Shown in pieces: positions 36,824 through 46,888 of a DNA stretch of 64,000 bases. A program made the translations under genes and the position numbers. The notes under the pieces were generated by a model. The model was not told the DNA's origin and did no database searches. It was given only the letters and a program-made list of their open reading frames with translations. Positions within the stretch are counted from its first letter, which is position 1; every line of letters begins with the position of its first letter. The stretch lies in the IMG/VR virus record IMGVR_UViG_3300031813_001387; one strand, 5' to 3'. This stretch comes from an uncultured virus (IMG/VR IMGVR_UViG_3300031813_001387) (taxonomy: Duplodnaviria; Heunggongvirae; Uroviricota; Caudoviricetes).

Positions 36824-36902
36824 ATGAACTGATTTTATTTATCATCCTTGTGTGACTAATTGTTAAGCGGTTTTTAAGCCCAATAAAATAGATAGAGGCC
36901 AT

Positions 36903-37550
36903 ATGGGAAAACTAACTTTGCTGGCATTTGGGACGGTTATGCTAGCCTTGGTCCCTAACGCTTATGCAGTAAATATAACCTCTGGAATTGATATCAATAG
37001 TATCGTTCAGCAGATTGTTCCTGGGAATGACGCAGCCCCGATTGCACTAAAAGGGATAGACGGACAATGGGAAAAGCCAATCCTGATACACAGCAACAAA
37101 GCTAGGTCGTATTATATCACTGACGGTTCTATTGTTAATAACGTAGTTTACAATAAGGACTATTATAAGACAGGCAGCTTTTCGGTAATTCTTTATACCA
37201 GCTATAAGAGCAAATCTGCGAGAGATGAAGTAATAACCTTCATAAAAGCTAATGGCAGTGTACAATATCCTGAGACATTTAGATATATGGCTGAATGGGT
37301 GTCATTTGACGTCATCAACAAAACTGCCAAAATAACTAAACAATTCATTATTGATGATTATGGTAAGACAATGACCTTTGGCACAGATGACGGTAGAGAA
37401 CAAAATGTAAAATTAGACAACAAACATCTACTTTTCAAAGAATTAGCGCATAAGATTTCCGATATCTATAAAAAGTCAGAAAAAGACCCTCGAATCAAGG
37501 ACGCACAAAAATACCAACAAGAAGGTACAATCGAGGACACAGTACGGTAG
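36903..37550 (+). CDS. Secreted hypothetical protein
   Basis: GAGG RBS; signal peptide ending AYA. Confidence 0.7.
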   Translation: MGKLTLLAFGTVMLALVPNAYAVNITSGIDINSIVQQIVPGNDAAPIALKGIDGQWEKPILIHSNKARSYYITDGSIVNNVVYNKDYYKTGSFSVILYTSYKSKSARDEVITFIKANGSVQYPETFRYMAEWVSFDVINKTAKITKQFIIDDYGKTMTFGTDDGREQNVKLDNKHLLFKELAHKISDIYKKSEKDPRIKDAQKYQQEGTIEDTVR

Positions 37551-37719
37551 CGCCAATCCTGAAGCTCATGCAAAAGGTCCTGCAGTTCCTATACCCACAC
37601 CAAACGTGTTACCGTCCGCCGCTAGGCTGCTTCATAATGGAAGATAAATGGTGCATTAAGGTCATTCCAAGAGGATAACGTTACAAATCTGCTACATTGT
37701 GATCTGCCTTTCGACCAAT

Positions 37720-37974
37720 TTATATGCGACCAACCTTCTTCAAAGTGCGTTGTGCAATCATGCCAAAATCCTCAGCTTTGGGGTAATCGAACGTCATGTA
37801 AATATTGAAAATATCCAGAAGGGCTTGCCCCATAATTTCATTTTGTTCTTCGACGGTCAGGCTTGCTTCTTCTGACTTCTCGATTACTGGGACTCGTTGC
37901 ATCTCATCTTCGATATCATCGGCAATCTTCATCTTCTCTTTCAAAATACCAGGCTTGGGTTTATCAGGGACCAT
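37720..37974 (-). CDS. Small hypothetical protein
   Basis: 84-aa ORF with protein-like composition, downstream of the recombinase operon. Confidence 0.5.
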   Translation of the reverse strand: MVPDKPKPGILKEKMKIADDIEDEMQRVPVIEKSEEASLTVEEQNEIMGQALLDIFNIYMTFDYPKAEDFGMIAQRTLKKVGRI

Positions 37975-38046
37975 GACATACCTTCTATATTCGGACTGCC
38001 GATCTAGAAATTCGCTAGAGAACGCAGCGATAGCGAACTAAATCCG

Positions 38047-38580
38047 CTATTTGCCTGGATTTCGGCCCTTGCCCTTCTGTGGATGAAGCGTGATTACCTT
38101 TCTCGGTTTCTGTTCGACGGTTTCTGGTTCACCTATCTCCTCAATTTTGTGCAGGCAAAGTATACACCTGTCAGCATCAAACATTTCTTCTTCCACTATC
38201 GGGCGGACAAGCGGCTCGAGGTCTCCCGCATTGTAATATACCTTTTGATAAATCTCAGCGTGGTGATTGCGGAGGACCTCAAGCTCCTTCTTCATGTTTT
38301 CGGCTTCCAATTCCAGGCGCTCTACCTTCTCCCTCAATGTCTGGAGCGCTCCTTCACCTTTTTCCACCCGCCTTTGGCCCGCAAGTTCCTTTAATGCCTT
38401 GTCAACCACATCATTATGTTTGGTAAGGGTAGCACGAGTGGTACAGATTTTTGCTGCCAATTGTGTGGCATTGTAAACATATTTCTTTTTGGCGATTTTG
38501 GCCTCCGCAGCCAATTCTTTTATCCCCGCCTCTATTTTGTCGCGGAGATCGTCTCCTCTAACCTGTTTATCTTTGCTCAT
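38047..38580 (-). CDS. Small HTH/coiled-coil accessory protein (GinD/TnpC-like)
   Basis: NATQLAAKICTTRATL HTH plus coiled coil; last gene of the recombinase operon. Confidence 0.65.
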   Translation of the reverse strand: MSKDKQVRGDDLRDKIEAGIKELAAEAKIAKKKYVYNATQLAAKICTTRATLTKHNDVVDKALKELAGQRRVEKGEGALQTLREKVERLELEAENMKKELEVLRNHHAEIYQKVYYNAGDLEPLVRPIVEEEMFDADRCILCLHKIEEIGEPETVEQKPRKVITLHPQKGKGRNPGK

Positions 38581-38595
38581 CCCGTACCCCCTTAC

Positions 38596-40752
38596 TCAAC
38601 AATTTTCTAAAAGTATCGCAAGGTTCTCGCCGATTCCATTGTAGTGGTCATATTGGGGTGACTCCTCTGGAAGGTTTCTCAAGGTCACCTCGACCTCCCG
38701 TGCGATACGCTTGAGTTCCTCGATCTCGACAGGATCACTTTTATCTACGCAGAAATGCTCACAAGGCCCCTTCTTGTCGCCATCCTTAGTAAAGCAACCC
38801 AGATGGTGGGGGCAGGGATCGAGCCCCCAGTTGAGCGTGCAGGCACCGTGTGGCATGATGTTGATCATTAGAGTGTATGCCATCAGGAATTGCTCCGCCT
38901 CTTCACGCGATTGGGATGCCAGACGTACGTAGGCGTCGGTTATGTGGCCGAAGACACTACCATCACGAACAGCCTGACGCAGATTTTCTAGTCGTTGTTT
39001 CTTACTGGTCTGGTCATAGGTATGGTTTGAACCCTTCTTGCGGCCAAATACAACGCCAACTGTGTCTTCGTCCATCATTCCTTCGGCATAAATGGTGTCG
39101 AGCCAGTGACGGACATCGTGCGAGGTGTACTTTGCGATTTCTCCGGTTTTGGGATCTACAATCCCGAGCCGGTTAAAGCAGCTATCCTCATGGTTCCCTG
39201 AGCCTTGTGACCGTGTCTCACCCCTAAGCCATCGACTAAATCCATTGTCCGTAATAAGCCGGTAGTCCTCATCCTTTGTAGAGTGCCATGTCGAAAAACC
39301 GTACCTTGGAATAACGAAAAGGGCGTCCTCTGGTTCAAGGCGGGACTTCCCTTCTTTATCCATAATGACAGCCCGGATCTTCCTCTCAAATTTAGCTTCG
39401 AAATCCTTGTCTAAAACAGGGCAGGGGTACACCTGGCCAGCAAGTTGCAGTCGTTGAGCCTCGTCGAGTATGTGACGATATGATGCTGGTTTCGGAGTTT
39501 GCAACATAATCCCACAGTGTAATCGGAACCTTTGGAGCGAGATAACCCTGGTGTCCGTGTCCCAAGAGGTTCGCACTCCTTTTCCTCCGGTTTCAATTGG
39601 GCCCGGCAGTAAACCTTCATGTGCATTCGTCTGTGCTATCAACAAGCCAGCGATCGTTTTTCTTGTAACACCTAATTCTCTTGCCGCGGCTGATTTGGAA
39701 CCGGCCGACTTTACAAGTTCGATGACATCAACGAAACGTTGCTGCTTTTCGAGCCACGCTCCCTCTGTGTTGATCATTTTGTGTAGAGGGTCAGCAGCCC
39801 AGTTATGGGCGAACCTACCGACAAAATAATCTGTCGCCGCCTGATTGTTTAATATGGCTGACCAATTTGGTGGCAGAGACCTCCTGATTTCAGCTACTGC
39901 AGCCCGCCCAGGTTCGGTAATCAAGATGATGTGATCTAAGGCCGTTACAACTGAAGGCTCCATATCGCTTGCAATGAATCGGGTACCGAGTTTGCCGTCC
40001 TTTTCAGGGAAAAAACGCAAACTGGTATTCCCATTATTCTGAAGAAGGCAGTCCTTAGGCATAGTTGCAAGCTCATTAATTCTAAAGCCTGTTGCAATCA
40101 GAATAACGAACGCCGACAGGAAAAAGCGGTCTTTATCTGAATTGTCAGTGTTATTGTTAGCGGCAACCATGTCGCGGATCACTTCTGTACTCATAAGTTT
40201 TTCTTGCCGGCCTTCTTCCGATGCCTTTCGGCCATGCATGTACACGGAAGGAAGCCCAGCCTCGTAGCTAATGGAAATTCCAAGCTGCCAATTTAGCCAG
40301 GCGCCGAATTCTTCGAGCATATCTGCGAATCTCTTCGGTGCTGTCCTCTCACACGATTTCTTGATTAAAATCTCGGCGTTGTAAAAATCAACATTGCGTA
40401 GCTTGCTAATATCTTTACCAAGAATTACCTTGTCGAGAAATTTGCAAGTATCGAGATACATATGGGCTGCACGGCCACCGACTGTTTTGGTTAGACGCTT
40501 GTGAAGGGTGAACACTTTAAGGCACTTGCGTAAGTCGCTGTTTTTTATATCATAATAATATATAGGGAATGTCTCTGAGTTGCCAGGACGTGTTAGCCAT
40601 GATATCAGTTCCCAGGTGTCGGATTCAAAATCGACTCCAATCGGTAGGACGCTCCCAAGTTTTGGCAATAATTCGCTCAAAGTTGGACTGAGTGTATATC
40701 CGGAGAGAAGTTCTTTTAACTTGAAGGAAACGTTACTTCCGGCGGACGTCAT
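38596..40752 (-). CDS. Large tyrosine recombinase (GinC-like)
   Basis: ATGFRINEL, SHDVRHWLDT, FGRK..SNHTYD; overlaps upstream gene by ATGA. Confidence 0.8.
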   Translation of the reverse strand: MTSAGSNVSFKLKELLSGYTLSPTLSELLPKLGSVLPIGVDFESDTWELISWLTRPGNSETFPIYYYDIKNSDLRKCLKVFTLHKRLTKTVGGRAAHMYLDTCKFLDKVILGKDISKLRNVDFYNAEILIKKSCERTAPKRFADMLEEFGAWLNWQLGISISYEAGLPSVYMHGRKASEEGRQEKLMSTEVIRDMVAANNNTDNSDKDRFFLSAFVILIATGFRINELATMPKDCLLQNNGNTSLRFFPEKDGKLGTRFIASDMEPSVVTALDHIILITEPGRAAVAEIRRSLPPNWSAILNNQAATDYFVGRFAHNWAADPLHKMINTEGAWLEKQQRFVDVIELVKSAGSKSAAARELGVTRKTIAGLLIAQTNAHEGLLPGPIETGGKGVRTSWDTDTRVISLQRFRLHCGIMLQTPKPASYRHILDEAQRLQLAGQVYPCPVLDKDFEAKFERKIRAVIMDKEGKSRLEPEDALFVIPRYGFSTWHSTKDEDYRLITDNGFSRWLRGETRSQGSGNHEDSCFNRLGIVDPKTGEIAKYTSHDVRHWLDTIYAEGMMDEDTVGVVFGRKKGSNHTYDQTSKKQRLENLRQAVRDGSVFGHITDAYVRLASQSREEAEQFLMAYTLMINIMPHGACTLNWGLDPCPHHLGCFTKDGDKKGPCEHFCVDKSDPVEIEELKRIAREVEVTLRNLPEESPQYDHYNGIGENLAILLENC

Positions 40753-42317
40753 GCTAACTCACCTTGAATTTGTGTGAGAATCTCTTTGGTTGACTCAATG
40801 GCCCTGTCAAAAACTGCTAGGGACTTGCGTTCAGGGATAGAAAGGGACATTGTGATGCTAGGGTCACCTGTCGGATTACACCGGGACTTTTGCGTTTCAA
40901 AATACCTAAGTGCCTTTTTGTGCGGTTCAGGATTATTCCAGGCGCGGAAACTGCTGCAATCGGCATAGCAGGAAAGGAAAGGATGTTTTTTACAGCCGCC
41001 ATCCGTGATCGGGTCTCGGCCGCAAGACCCGACGATTAACGGCGTAGTGCAGTATCCAGGCACGACAATTGGTGCCCCTGTGACCTCAGGTACGACTTTG
41101 CCCTGAAAGAAGCTTTTGTTGAGCTCGAAAAAGATATTCCCCATCAACCGGCCTGCCTTCTCGATTGCTGGGACGATATCCGACCCGATCGCATCTATAT
41201 AAGCTTGGCAGGATAACGGAGAATCGTGTTCCAGAATTTCCTGAATAATATCCCTTGAAACACCCGCAAATGCTAACCGGGTAGCTCCGGTATGACGGAT
41301 TCTCGTAGGTGTTACATGGAGAACCTTGCCAGTCCGGGGACTGATCGCCTGGCGCTTGTAAATGAACCCCATAAGGGCCTGTTTGCCATCCGCAGAACTC
41401 AGAACGCCACGCTCAAGTAGTGATGGCGCATTCCAAACAATCAATCGGTTGTATTTATTTTGAAGGTATGCAACTTCAGTCCTTTTGCTAAAGGACACGA
41501 TTTCTTTGGCTAGATCATCACTTATGTGACACCAACGTTTCGGCATACCCGTTTGATATTTTATAGGACGAACCTCGACAAACCACTCATCATGACCACT
41601 ATCCGGCACACACTTGAGTCCATCACATGATATTTCTAGGATCTGCGAAGAACGCTTCAGTGTTTCCAGAAGGAGCCAACCATACAGTCTGGTTGCATCT
41701 CTTTTAGTCAATTCATTATCACTTGCAGGCATTCGTAATATTTCTCTTAGAACCTCCTCCTCAGAGCTTGTTAAAGCACCCGCGACTGGATCCCATTCCA
41801 GCACCTCTCTGAGAAGTAGCACTTCGCTCCGGGACTTCCATGAGCGCATTTCATGAGCTATGTCGGGGCGTGCACCGCCGATTCTACGAGTAGCCAATTC
41901 CTTATAAAGTGATCTGAATAAAGATCGATACGAAGGTATAAGTTTCTGAAATATTTCAAGCATTTCAGTGGTTGACAAATCACTAAAGTCGTTACAAGAT
42001 TTAATTATCGTGGTTTGGAACTGCTCAAGCATACAGCTTACTACACTCATGTATCCCGGGCTCACCCTTTTTATTTTTTCTTTGACAACGTCATGTATGG
42101 GCTTGAGCATCCCAATCGGAATGTTTAAGCTATCCCAATCAATAGATTCAGTATTGCCAGCATACACCACACTCCATTGTGGAGTAGATATATCAACCCA
42201 AATTGGGATAGCTGGATTGAACTCATTTCTAATATAAATTCTACCAGATGAATTGGTCCAGATATCATCAACAGGGTCATAGCGTTTTTCTTCAGTTATA
42301 AACCCAGTGATGCCCAT
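40749..42317 (-). CDS. Tyrosine recombinase (GinB-like)
   Basis: TLKRSSQI, TPTRIRHTGAT, ILEHDS..SCQAY. Confidence 0.8.
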   Translation of the reverse strand: MGITGFITEEKRYDPVDDIWTNSSGRIYIRNEFNPAIPIWVDISTPQWSVVYAGNTESIDWDSLNIPIGMLKPIHDVVKEKIKRVSPGYMSVVSCMLEQFQTTIIKSCNDFSDLSTTEMLEIFQKLIPSYRSLFRSLYKELATRRIGGARPDIAHEMRSWKSRSEVLLLREVLEWDPVAGALTSSEEEVLREILRMPASDNELTKRDATRLYGWLLLETLKRSSQILEISCDGLKCVPDSGHDEWFVEVRPIKYQTGMPKRWCHISDDLAKEIVSFSKRTEVAYLQNKYNRLIVWNAPSLLERGVLSSADGKQALMGFIYKRQAISPRTGKVLHVTPTRIRHTGATRLAFAGVSRDIIQEILEHDSPLSCQAYIDAIGSDIVPAIEKAGRLMGNIFFELNKSFFQGKVVPEVTGAPIVVPGYCTTPLIVGSCGRDPITDGGCKKHPFLSCYADCSSFRAWNNPEPHKKALRYFETQKSRCNPTGDPSITMSLSIPERKSLAVFDRAIESTKEILTQIQGELA

Positions 42318-43546
42318 TTATTGCCTCCAGATTGCCATAGTTTCAATGCTTGCTGAGCGCGTGATTGTCGAGATCTATTGGTATATATTTGTAAGCTCTT
42401 TTCATCAGCCCATCCGCCCCAGTAGACTAGATCCATCAGTTTGGCTTTCTTTTCTTCCTTGTTCTGAATATCTATGACTGCTTCGTAGGCTCTATTGAAA
42501 AATGCGTGCCGCGAAAGATGCCAGTGAAATGGAATGCCTGTGTTTTTCGAAATCTGTTGAGCAATTGCCTGGGACCCTGATATGGAAAGAGCATTTCCAG
42601 GAGTGCGGTGGTGATTGACGATGAGAAACTCGTGACCCACAAAAAATTGCTTGCTTCTTTTTTCACCTCGATTGACCAATTTGAACCTATGCTCGTTGGT
42701 ATATTCACCGATTAGGTTAGGGATTGGCGAAACGAACAAGAAGCCTAGATCGCGAGATAGCGTCTTTGGCCGGGGAGCTTTCGCACCACGCGGATCGCGA
42801 TACTTGGGGCCTCTTTCCTCGATACGTACTATCTTGATGTAGTCTTGATCCTTGTGTGGACAATCGCAGAGCCTTAATGCGAGGATCTCACCATCGCGTA
42901 ACCCAAACTCAATTGATAGGCGCCAGAAAAGAAAATCACGTGTGGCAAGCTCAGGGGACACATCTTTTCTGTTTTCAGGCCTAAGATATTGGTCGATGGT
43001 ATAAATTTGCTCCTCAGTCAGGTCTGGTGCACATTTAAATTTGCGATCTTTTTTCTTAACATCCGAAAAAAGTTTCTTCTGCAAACTGATAATGCTCTCC
43101 CTTTCAACAACCGAAATGGATGGAGATAATCCGATCCCATGATGCCTTGCAAAGTAATCCATCATACAAGACGCATGCATCAGGATTCCATTATAACCTG
43201 ATATCGCAAAAGGTATTATTTCCTTTCCGTTGGATTTGCCGCGGGACTCGAGCCAATGGGCAAATCTCCTGACATCCACGGCACTCAAGAACTCCCCCCT
43301 CAAAATCAGTTCCTCGAGGTCTATATTTTCAATAATTGCCCAAGTGAAGACATATAAAAGCTGTCCTAGCCTGGTTTTCACGCTATTATGGGAATCCGTC
43401 CGATGGGTCAGGTATTGCTCGTATACGGATAGAACCTTTGACGGCTCCAGGGTGTCTCTCCTCTGGACAATAAATCGGGGCTTGCCATCCGACATAAAGG
43501 AAGAAACCCGGTAGGCGAGGGGGGAGGAATCCAAATCGGCTGCCAC
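42296..43546 (-). CDS. Tyrosine recombinase (GinA-like)
   Basis: FGLRDGEILAL, PKTLSR, HWHLSRHAF, WGGWADEKSLQIY. Confidence 0.85.
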   Translation of the reverse strand: MAADLDSSPLAYRVSSFMSDGKPRFIVQRRDTLEPSKVLSVYEQYLTHRTDSHNSVKTRLGQLLYVFTWAIIENIDLEELILRGEFLSAVDVRRFAHWLESRGKSNGKEIIPFAISGYNGILMHASCMMDYFARHHGIGLSPSISVVERESIISLQKKLFSDVKKKDRKFKCAPDLTEEQIYTIDQYLRPENRKDVSPELATRDFLFWRLSIEFGLRDGEILALRLCDCPHKDQDYIKIVRIEERGPKYRDPRGAKAPRPKTLSRDLGFLFVSPIPNLIGEYTNEHRFKLVNRGEKRSKQFFVGHEFLIVNHHRTPGNALSISGSQAIAQQISKNTGIPFHWHLSRHAFFNRAYEAVIDIQNKEEKKAKLMDLVYWGGWADEKSLQIYTNRSRQSRAQQALKLWQSGGNKWASLGL

Positions 43547-44107
43547 TTTGCACTCCTGTGCGTAGGTGTAAAGATATGAATTGCTAATTTTGGGAGGTGA
43601 TATGCTGTTAGTATGGATAAATCTGGAGGCGGGGCTGACATTACAATGTCTGCAGGCAAAAAGCTATAAAAAAATTCCAAATACAAAGAAAAACGATGCT
43701 TGATGTAATGGAAAAAGGTTGCCAAGTCCGAGACACTGGCGGTTTCCTGATATGTTGATAAGGTAGTGAAAAAATATCAGAGTCAATAAGTGGTAGCATT
43801 AATTACATTAAATACATTTCTAGCGGCAGTGCTCATGTTACAATTCAGTCATAACAAAAATGTTGATAAAAAATCAGTTTTCAAAAAAACACAGGTGAAA
43901 CATTTCCGGGCCGCATAGGGCCTTACCGATGACCCGTAATTGTCGATGATGCAGCCGTAGCGCATTACTATGGCATAGTTATCGAGTCGTAGTAATTCTG
44001 TTAAATTCCCCAGTGAAGTCACTTTGGATAAAGCTCACCCCTATCTTGGCCAAAAAAAGCTGTAATGTATTTGTTATTAGTACCTTGCAAGACTTTGCTC
44101 CATAAAA

Positions 44108-44141
44108 AAAGCTAGAAAAAACTACCACTTTTTCTAGCTTT
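44108..44141. terminator. Hairpin, probable terminator
   Basis: AAAGCTAGAAAAA-N8-TTTTTCTAGCTTT next to an A-run. Confidence 0.5.
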
Positions 44142-44208
44142 CCTTGAAATGAAACCTACAAGAATTTCCCACCAATAATTACGGCCGTACTCAGGTCTAC
44201 AGCACAAT

Positions 44209-44302
44209 CATCCGTGTTATGCCAACAGCTCTCACTGGGTCATTGGCCCCGTCAAGGCCCACTAGAACCGGATCTAAAGCGAAAATATCCGTGCAATGCC
44301 AA
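44209..44302 (+). repeat. 94-bp diverged direct repeat, copy A
   Basis: Ungapped match to 50786-50879, about 73/94 identical by manual count. Confidence 0.8.
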
Positions 44303-44313
44303 GCGATGCCCTC

Positions 44314-45024
44314 CTACTGGACACCTATAACAAGCATCCTTTCGTCTGGCGTCCCAGTTGCCTTGCTGAGTTTGCAGTCCCTTGAGAGACCGATCTCGCT
44401 TTTAAGTCCACCGTCTGCCAGGGTTGACTTTATTCGTTCAAGGTACCCTTCATCGAGCGCGGCCCCGTACGTCAGGACGACTACGTGATCACCCAATCCG
44501 CGCACCGCAAAGCATGCCCTGTCGCCACAGTTTGCGCCGTTTCGTGTGACAAAACCAGCTCGTTTGATTTTTGTCATGATTATGTCCGGTTGCGGGAGCA
44601 CCGGAATTCGATGATCCGGTCCGGTGAGGCGCGTCCATCCAGAAGCCAACGTAAAATTGCCTTCCTCAACAAAGCCAACGCGGTAAATTGCACGTTTTAT
44701 GGGTGCATCAATATTATATCCAATGATTACGGCATCCAGATTCTGCATCCCCACGGCAGCCTTACATGGTCGCACTCTGACCCCGCAAAAGTCCTGAAAG
44801 TATTGATCTTTGAAGAGGTCCAGCAGATAGGCAGCGTAGCTTTCTTCGTCAAGATCCGGACGATCTTGACAGAAATCCTTGATATCGAAAAGGGTCTCCT
44901 CGTGGTCCATGCCGGCATTGAATGTCATTATGCGTTCGAAACGTCTCGTCTGCGAAGCATCGTTATCCTGGTAAAGGAAAGTCTCGAGGACTGATTTGAC
45001 TTGCTTATCATTCGATTTCTTCAA
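44314..45024 (-). CDS. Hypothetical protein
   Basis: AGGAGG RBS with TTG start; 236 aa. Confidence 0.7.
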   Translation of the reverse strand: MKKSNDKQVKSVLETFLYQDNDASQTRRFERIMTFNAGMDHEETLFDIKDFCQDRPDLDEESYAAYLLDLFKDQYFQDFCGVRVRPCKAAVGMQNLDAVIIGYNIDAPIKRAIYRVGFVEEGNFTLASGWTRLTGPDHRIPVLPQPDIIMTKIKRAGFVTRNGANCGDRACFAVRGLGDHVVVLTYGAALDEGYLERIKSTLADGGLKSEIGLSRDCKLSKATGTPDERMLVIGVQ

Positions 45025-45139
45025 GTTACGCCTCCTGAGTGACCTGGTACTTGCTATGACCTTCGTTTTTACCTTGTTAGTCGCCTGGTGCCAAACCGCG
45101 GGCCTCCCCTATGGGACTAAAGGAAATCGTCCCCCACTT

Positions 45140-46594
45140 TTACGCAGGAGGCTCACCAATCACCAGCAAATCACCCAACGATTCTAGCGGAGAGATGGTG
45201 CAGATAACTCCCTTGCCGGTACGTGCCAGCCTTGCATTGACCAACTCCGTCATCCGGTCTGCCAACTCTAAATCACCAAGCGGAAGAGAACGATCAGTGT
45301 CTTTAGGTAGGGTTGCCACGACATGCAGCAGGAATTCACTTTTTCTGTCTTCCGAGTCTGGTTTATGGAAACACTGTGCAGGGCTTATGGGAGTCCGACT
45401 ACGCACGTAAGAATCATTGATGGTGAATCTGAAATGTGTGTCCAGGAAAGCAGGGTAGACCGGATGGTGGATGGATTTAGGCTCGATGTCTGAGAGGTCG
45501 GGAAGGATAGAAACCCGGCCGCCGCAGGTCTGCTGCACTAATTTCTCCAGGTGGTCGTGTGCAGGGAGGCGCCTTAGGGTATCCACACAGTGTCCCGGGT
45601 AATGCACAAGGACCTTAGCGGTGGCAAATTGCACGAGGCTGTCGTTCATAACGATGAGACGGTCGAAAGCGTTCTTCACACCCAGCGAAATCTGGTATAG
45701 CAGCGATTCGTCCCTGATGCCGAACCGAAGGCTGGAGAAGAAATTGCTGCAATAACCACGGGGGTTCGGCTTCATCTTGAGATGGTTGGCGACCACCAGG
45801 GCTCCAAGGTTGGTCAGAAGTTCGGTTTTTTCTCCTAATTCGGCATCTCTTACCCGTTTCAGTTGTTGCACGATGCCCCATACCAAATCCGCGTCAGAAG
45901 CCATGGTTAGATGACGGTTGGGATCGAGTAGCAATTCGGTCAGAGGATCCAGTTGTGGTGCCTCTTTGGTCGCTGTGTTGAGTGGAGCGCCACGCAGGCG
46001 CTTGTCCCACATTTTACGTCCATTTTCGGGGTTCCGACCTCGATTACGGATTATTTGATCGGCAATGAGGAAGGCAACACGGAAAGACGGCATGGGGCTA
46101 TCATCAGATTTTCTACGCCAGAGATCAGTGGTGATAATCCCCAGAGGTGGTTTTGTTGCAGAGATCTCCTCGCAGGAGGCCATCTCATCCCCAGCCATTC
46201 GCAAGGATGTCTCAATGGAGGAAAGAAATTTCTCCCACTCGGCGCCGGCGCGTGCACCCGAGGCAAAGCCGTCACCGGGAGAATAGACCGCTGCTCCGCC
46301 GGCCATGAGTTTTGCCTGTAACCCGGGACAAAGTTTTTCAGTGGTGGCAGGGATGATGATATCAACTGAGGGCGTACCTATGTCCTGCAACACCCCAAAA
46401 ACCACATTTTCAATGTCGGTGGGGGAGGGTAGTGTGGCAAATGCGCGGCTGTGCATTCTGTTCAATGTCTCGTCTAGGACAAGGATTCGCCAGATCGGTT
46501 TTGAAGGCTTGCTCTGTTGGTATTTGATTTCACCAGATTTTAGTTGATGTAAATGGGCAGATGGGCTGACCATCACTTTAATTGGTTGTGGCAT
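45140..46594 (-). CDS. Hypothetical protein
   Basis: AAGGAG RBS; 484 aa; no confident domain. Confidence 0.75.
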   Translation of the reverse strand: MPQPIKVMVSPSAHLHQLKSGEIKYQQSKPSKPIWRILVLDETLNRMHSRAFATLPSPTDIENVVFGVLQDIGTPSVDIIIPATTEKLCPGLQAKLMAGGAAVYSPGDGFASGARAGAEWEKFLSSIETSLRMAGDEMASCEEISATKPPLGIITTDLWRRKSDDSPMPSFRVAFLIADQIIRNRGRNPENGRKMWDKRLRGAPLNTATKEAPQLDPLTELLLDPNRHLTMASDADLVWGIVQQLKRVRDAELGEKTELLTNLGALVVANHLKMKPNPRGYCSNFFSSLRFGIRDESLLYQISLGVKNAFDRLIVMNDSLVQFATAKVLVHYPGHCVDTLRRLPAHDHLEKLVQQTCGGRVSILPDLSDIEPKSIHHPVYPAFLDTHFRFTINDSYVRSRTPISPAQCFHKPDSEDRKSEFLLHVVATLPKDTDRSLPLGDLELADRMTELVNARLARTGKGVICTISPLESLGDLLVIGEPPA

Positions 46595-46888
46595 GATTTC
46601 TCCTTACTGAGCTTGATTTGCCCGAGATCTTGCACAAATTTTGTCGACCACATCATCAGGGATGCGTTTCCGTTTGTCTCCTCATGATCCAGGAAAAGTA
46701 GCAGTTCCGGTACCCAGACTCCTCCAAATTTTCACGAAACGATTTGCCATTTCGCGCCTGTTTTGCCGTTGAACAAAGCAAACGTTGCTTTGATGCTCTA
46801 AACGCTCTAAAATAAAGATCGTTGCTTCCATTTTGCCAGGTCTGGTAATACCGGAAGAAAGAGTTCTCAAGCCGCCAGTAAGCTAGAC

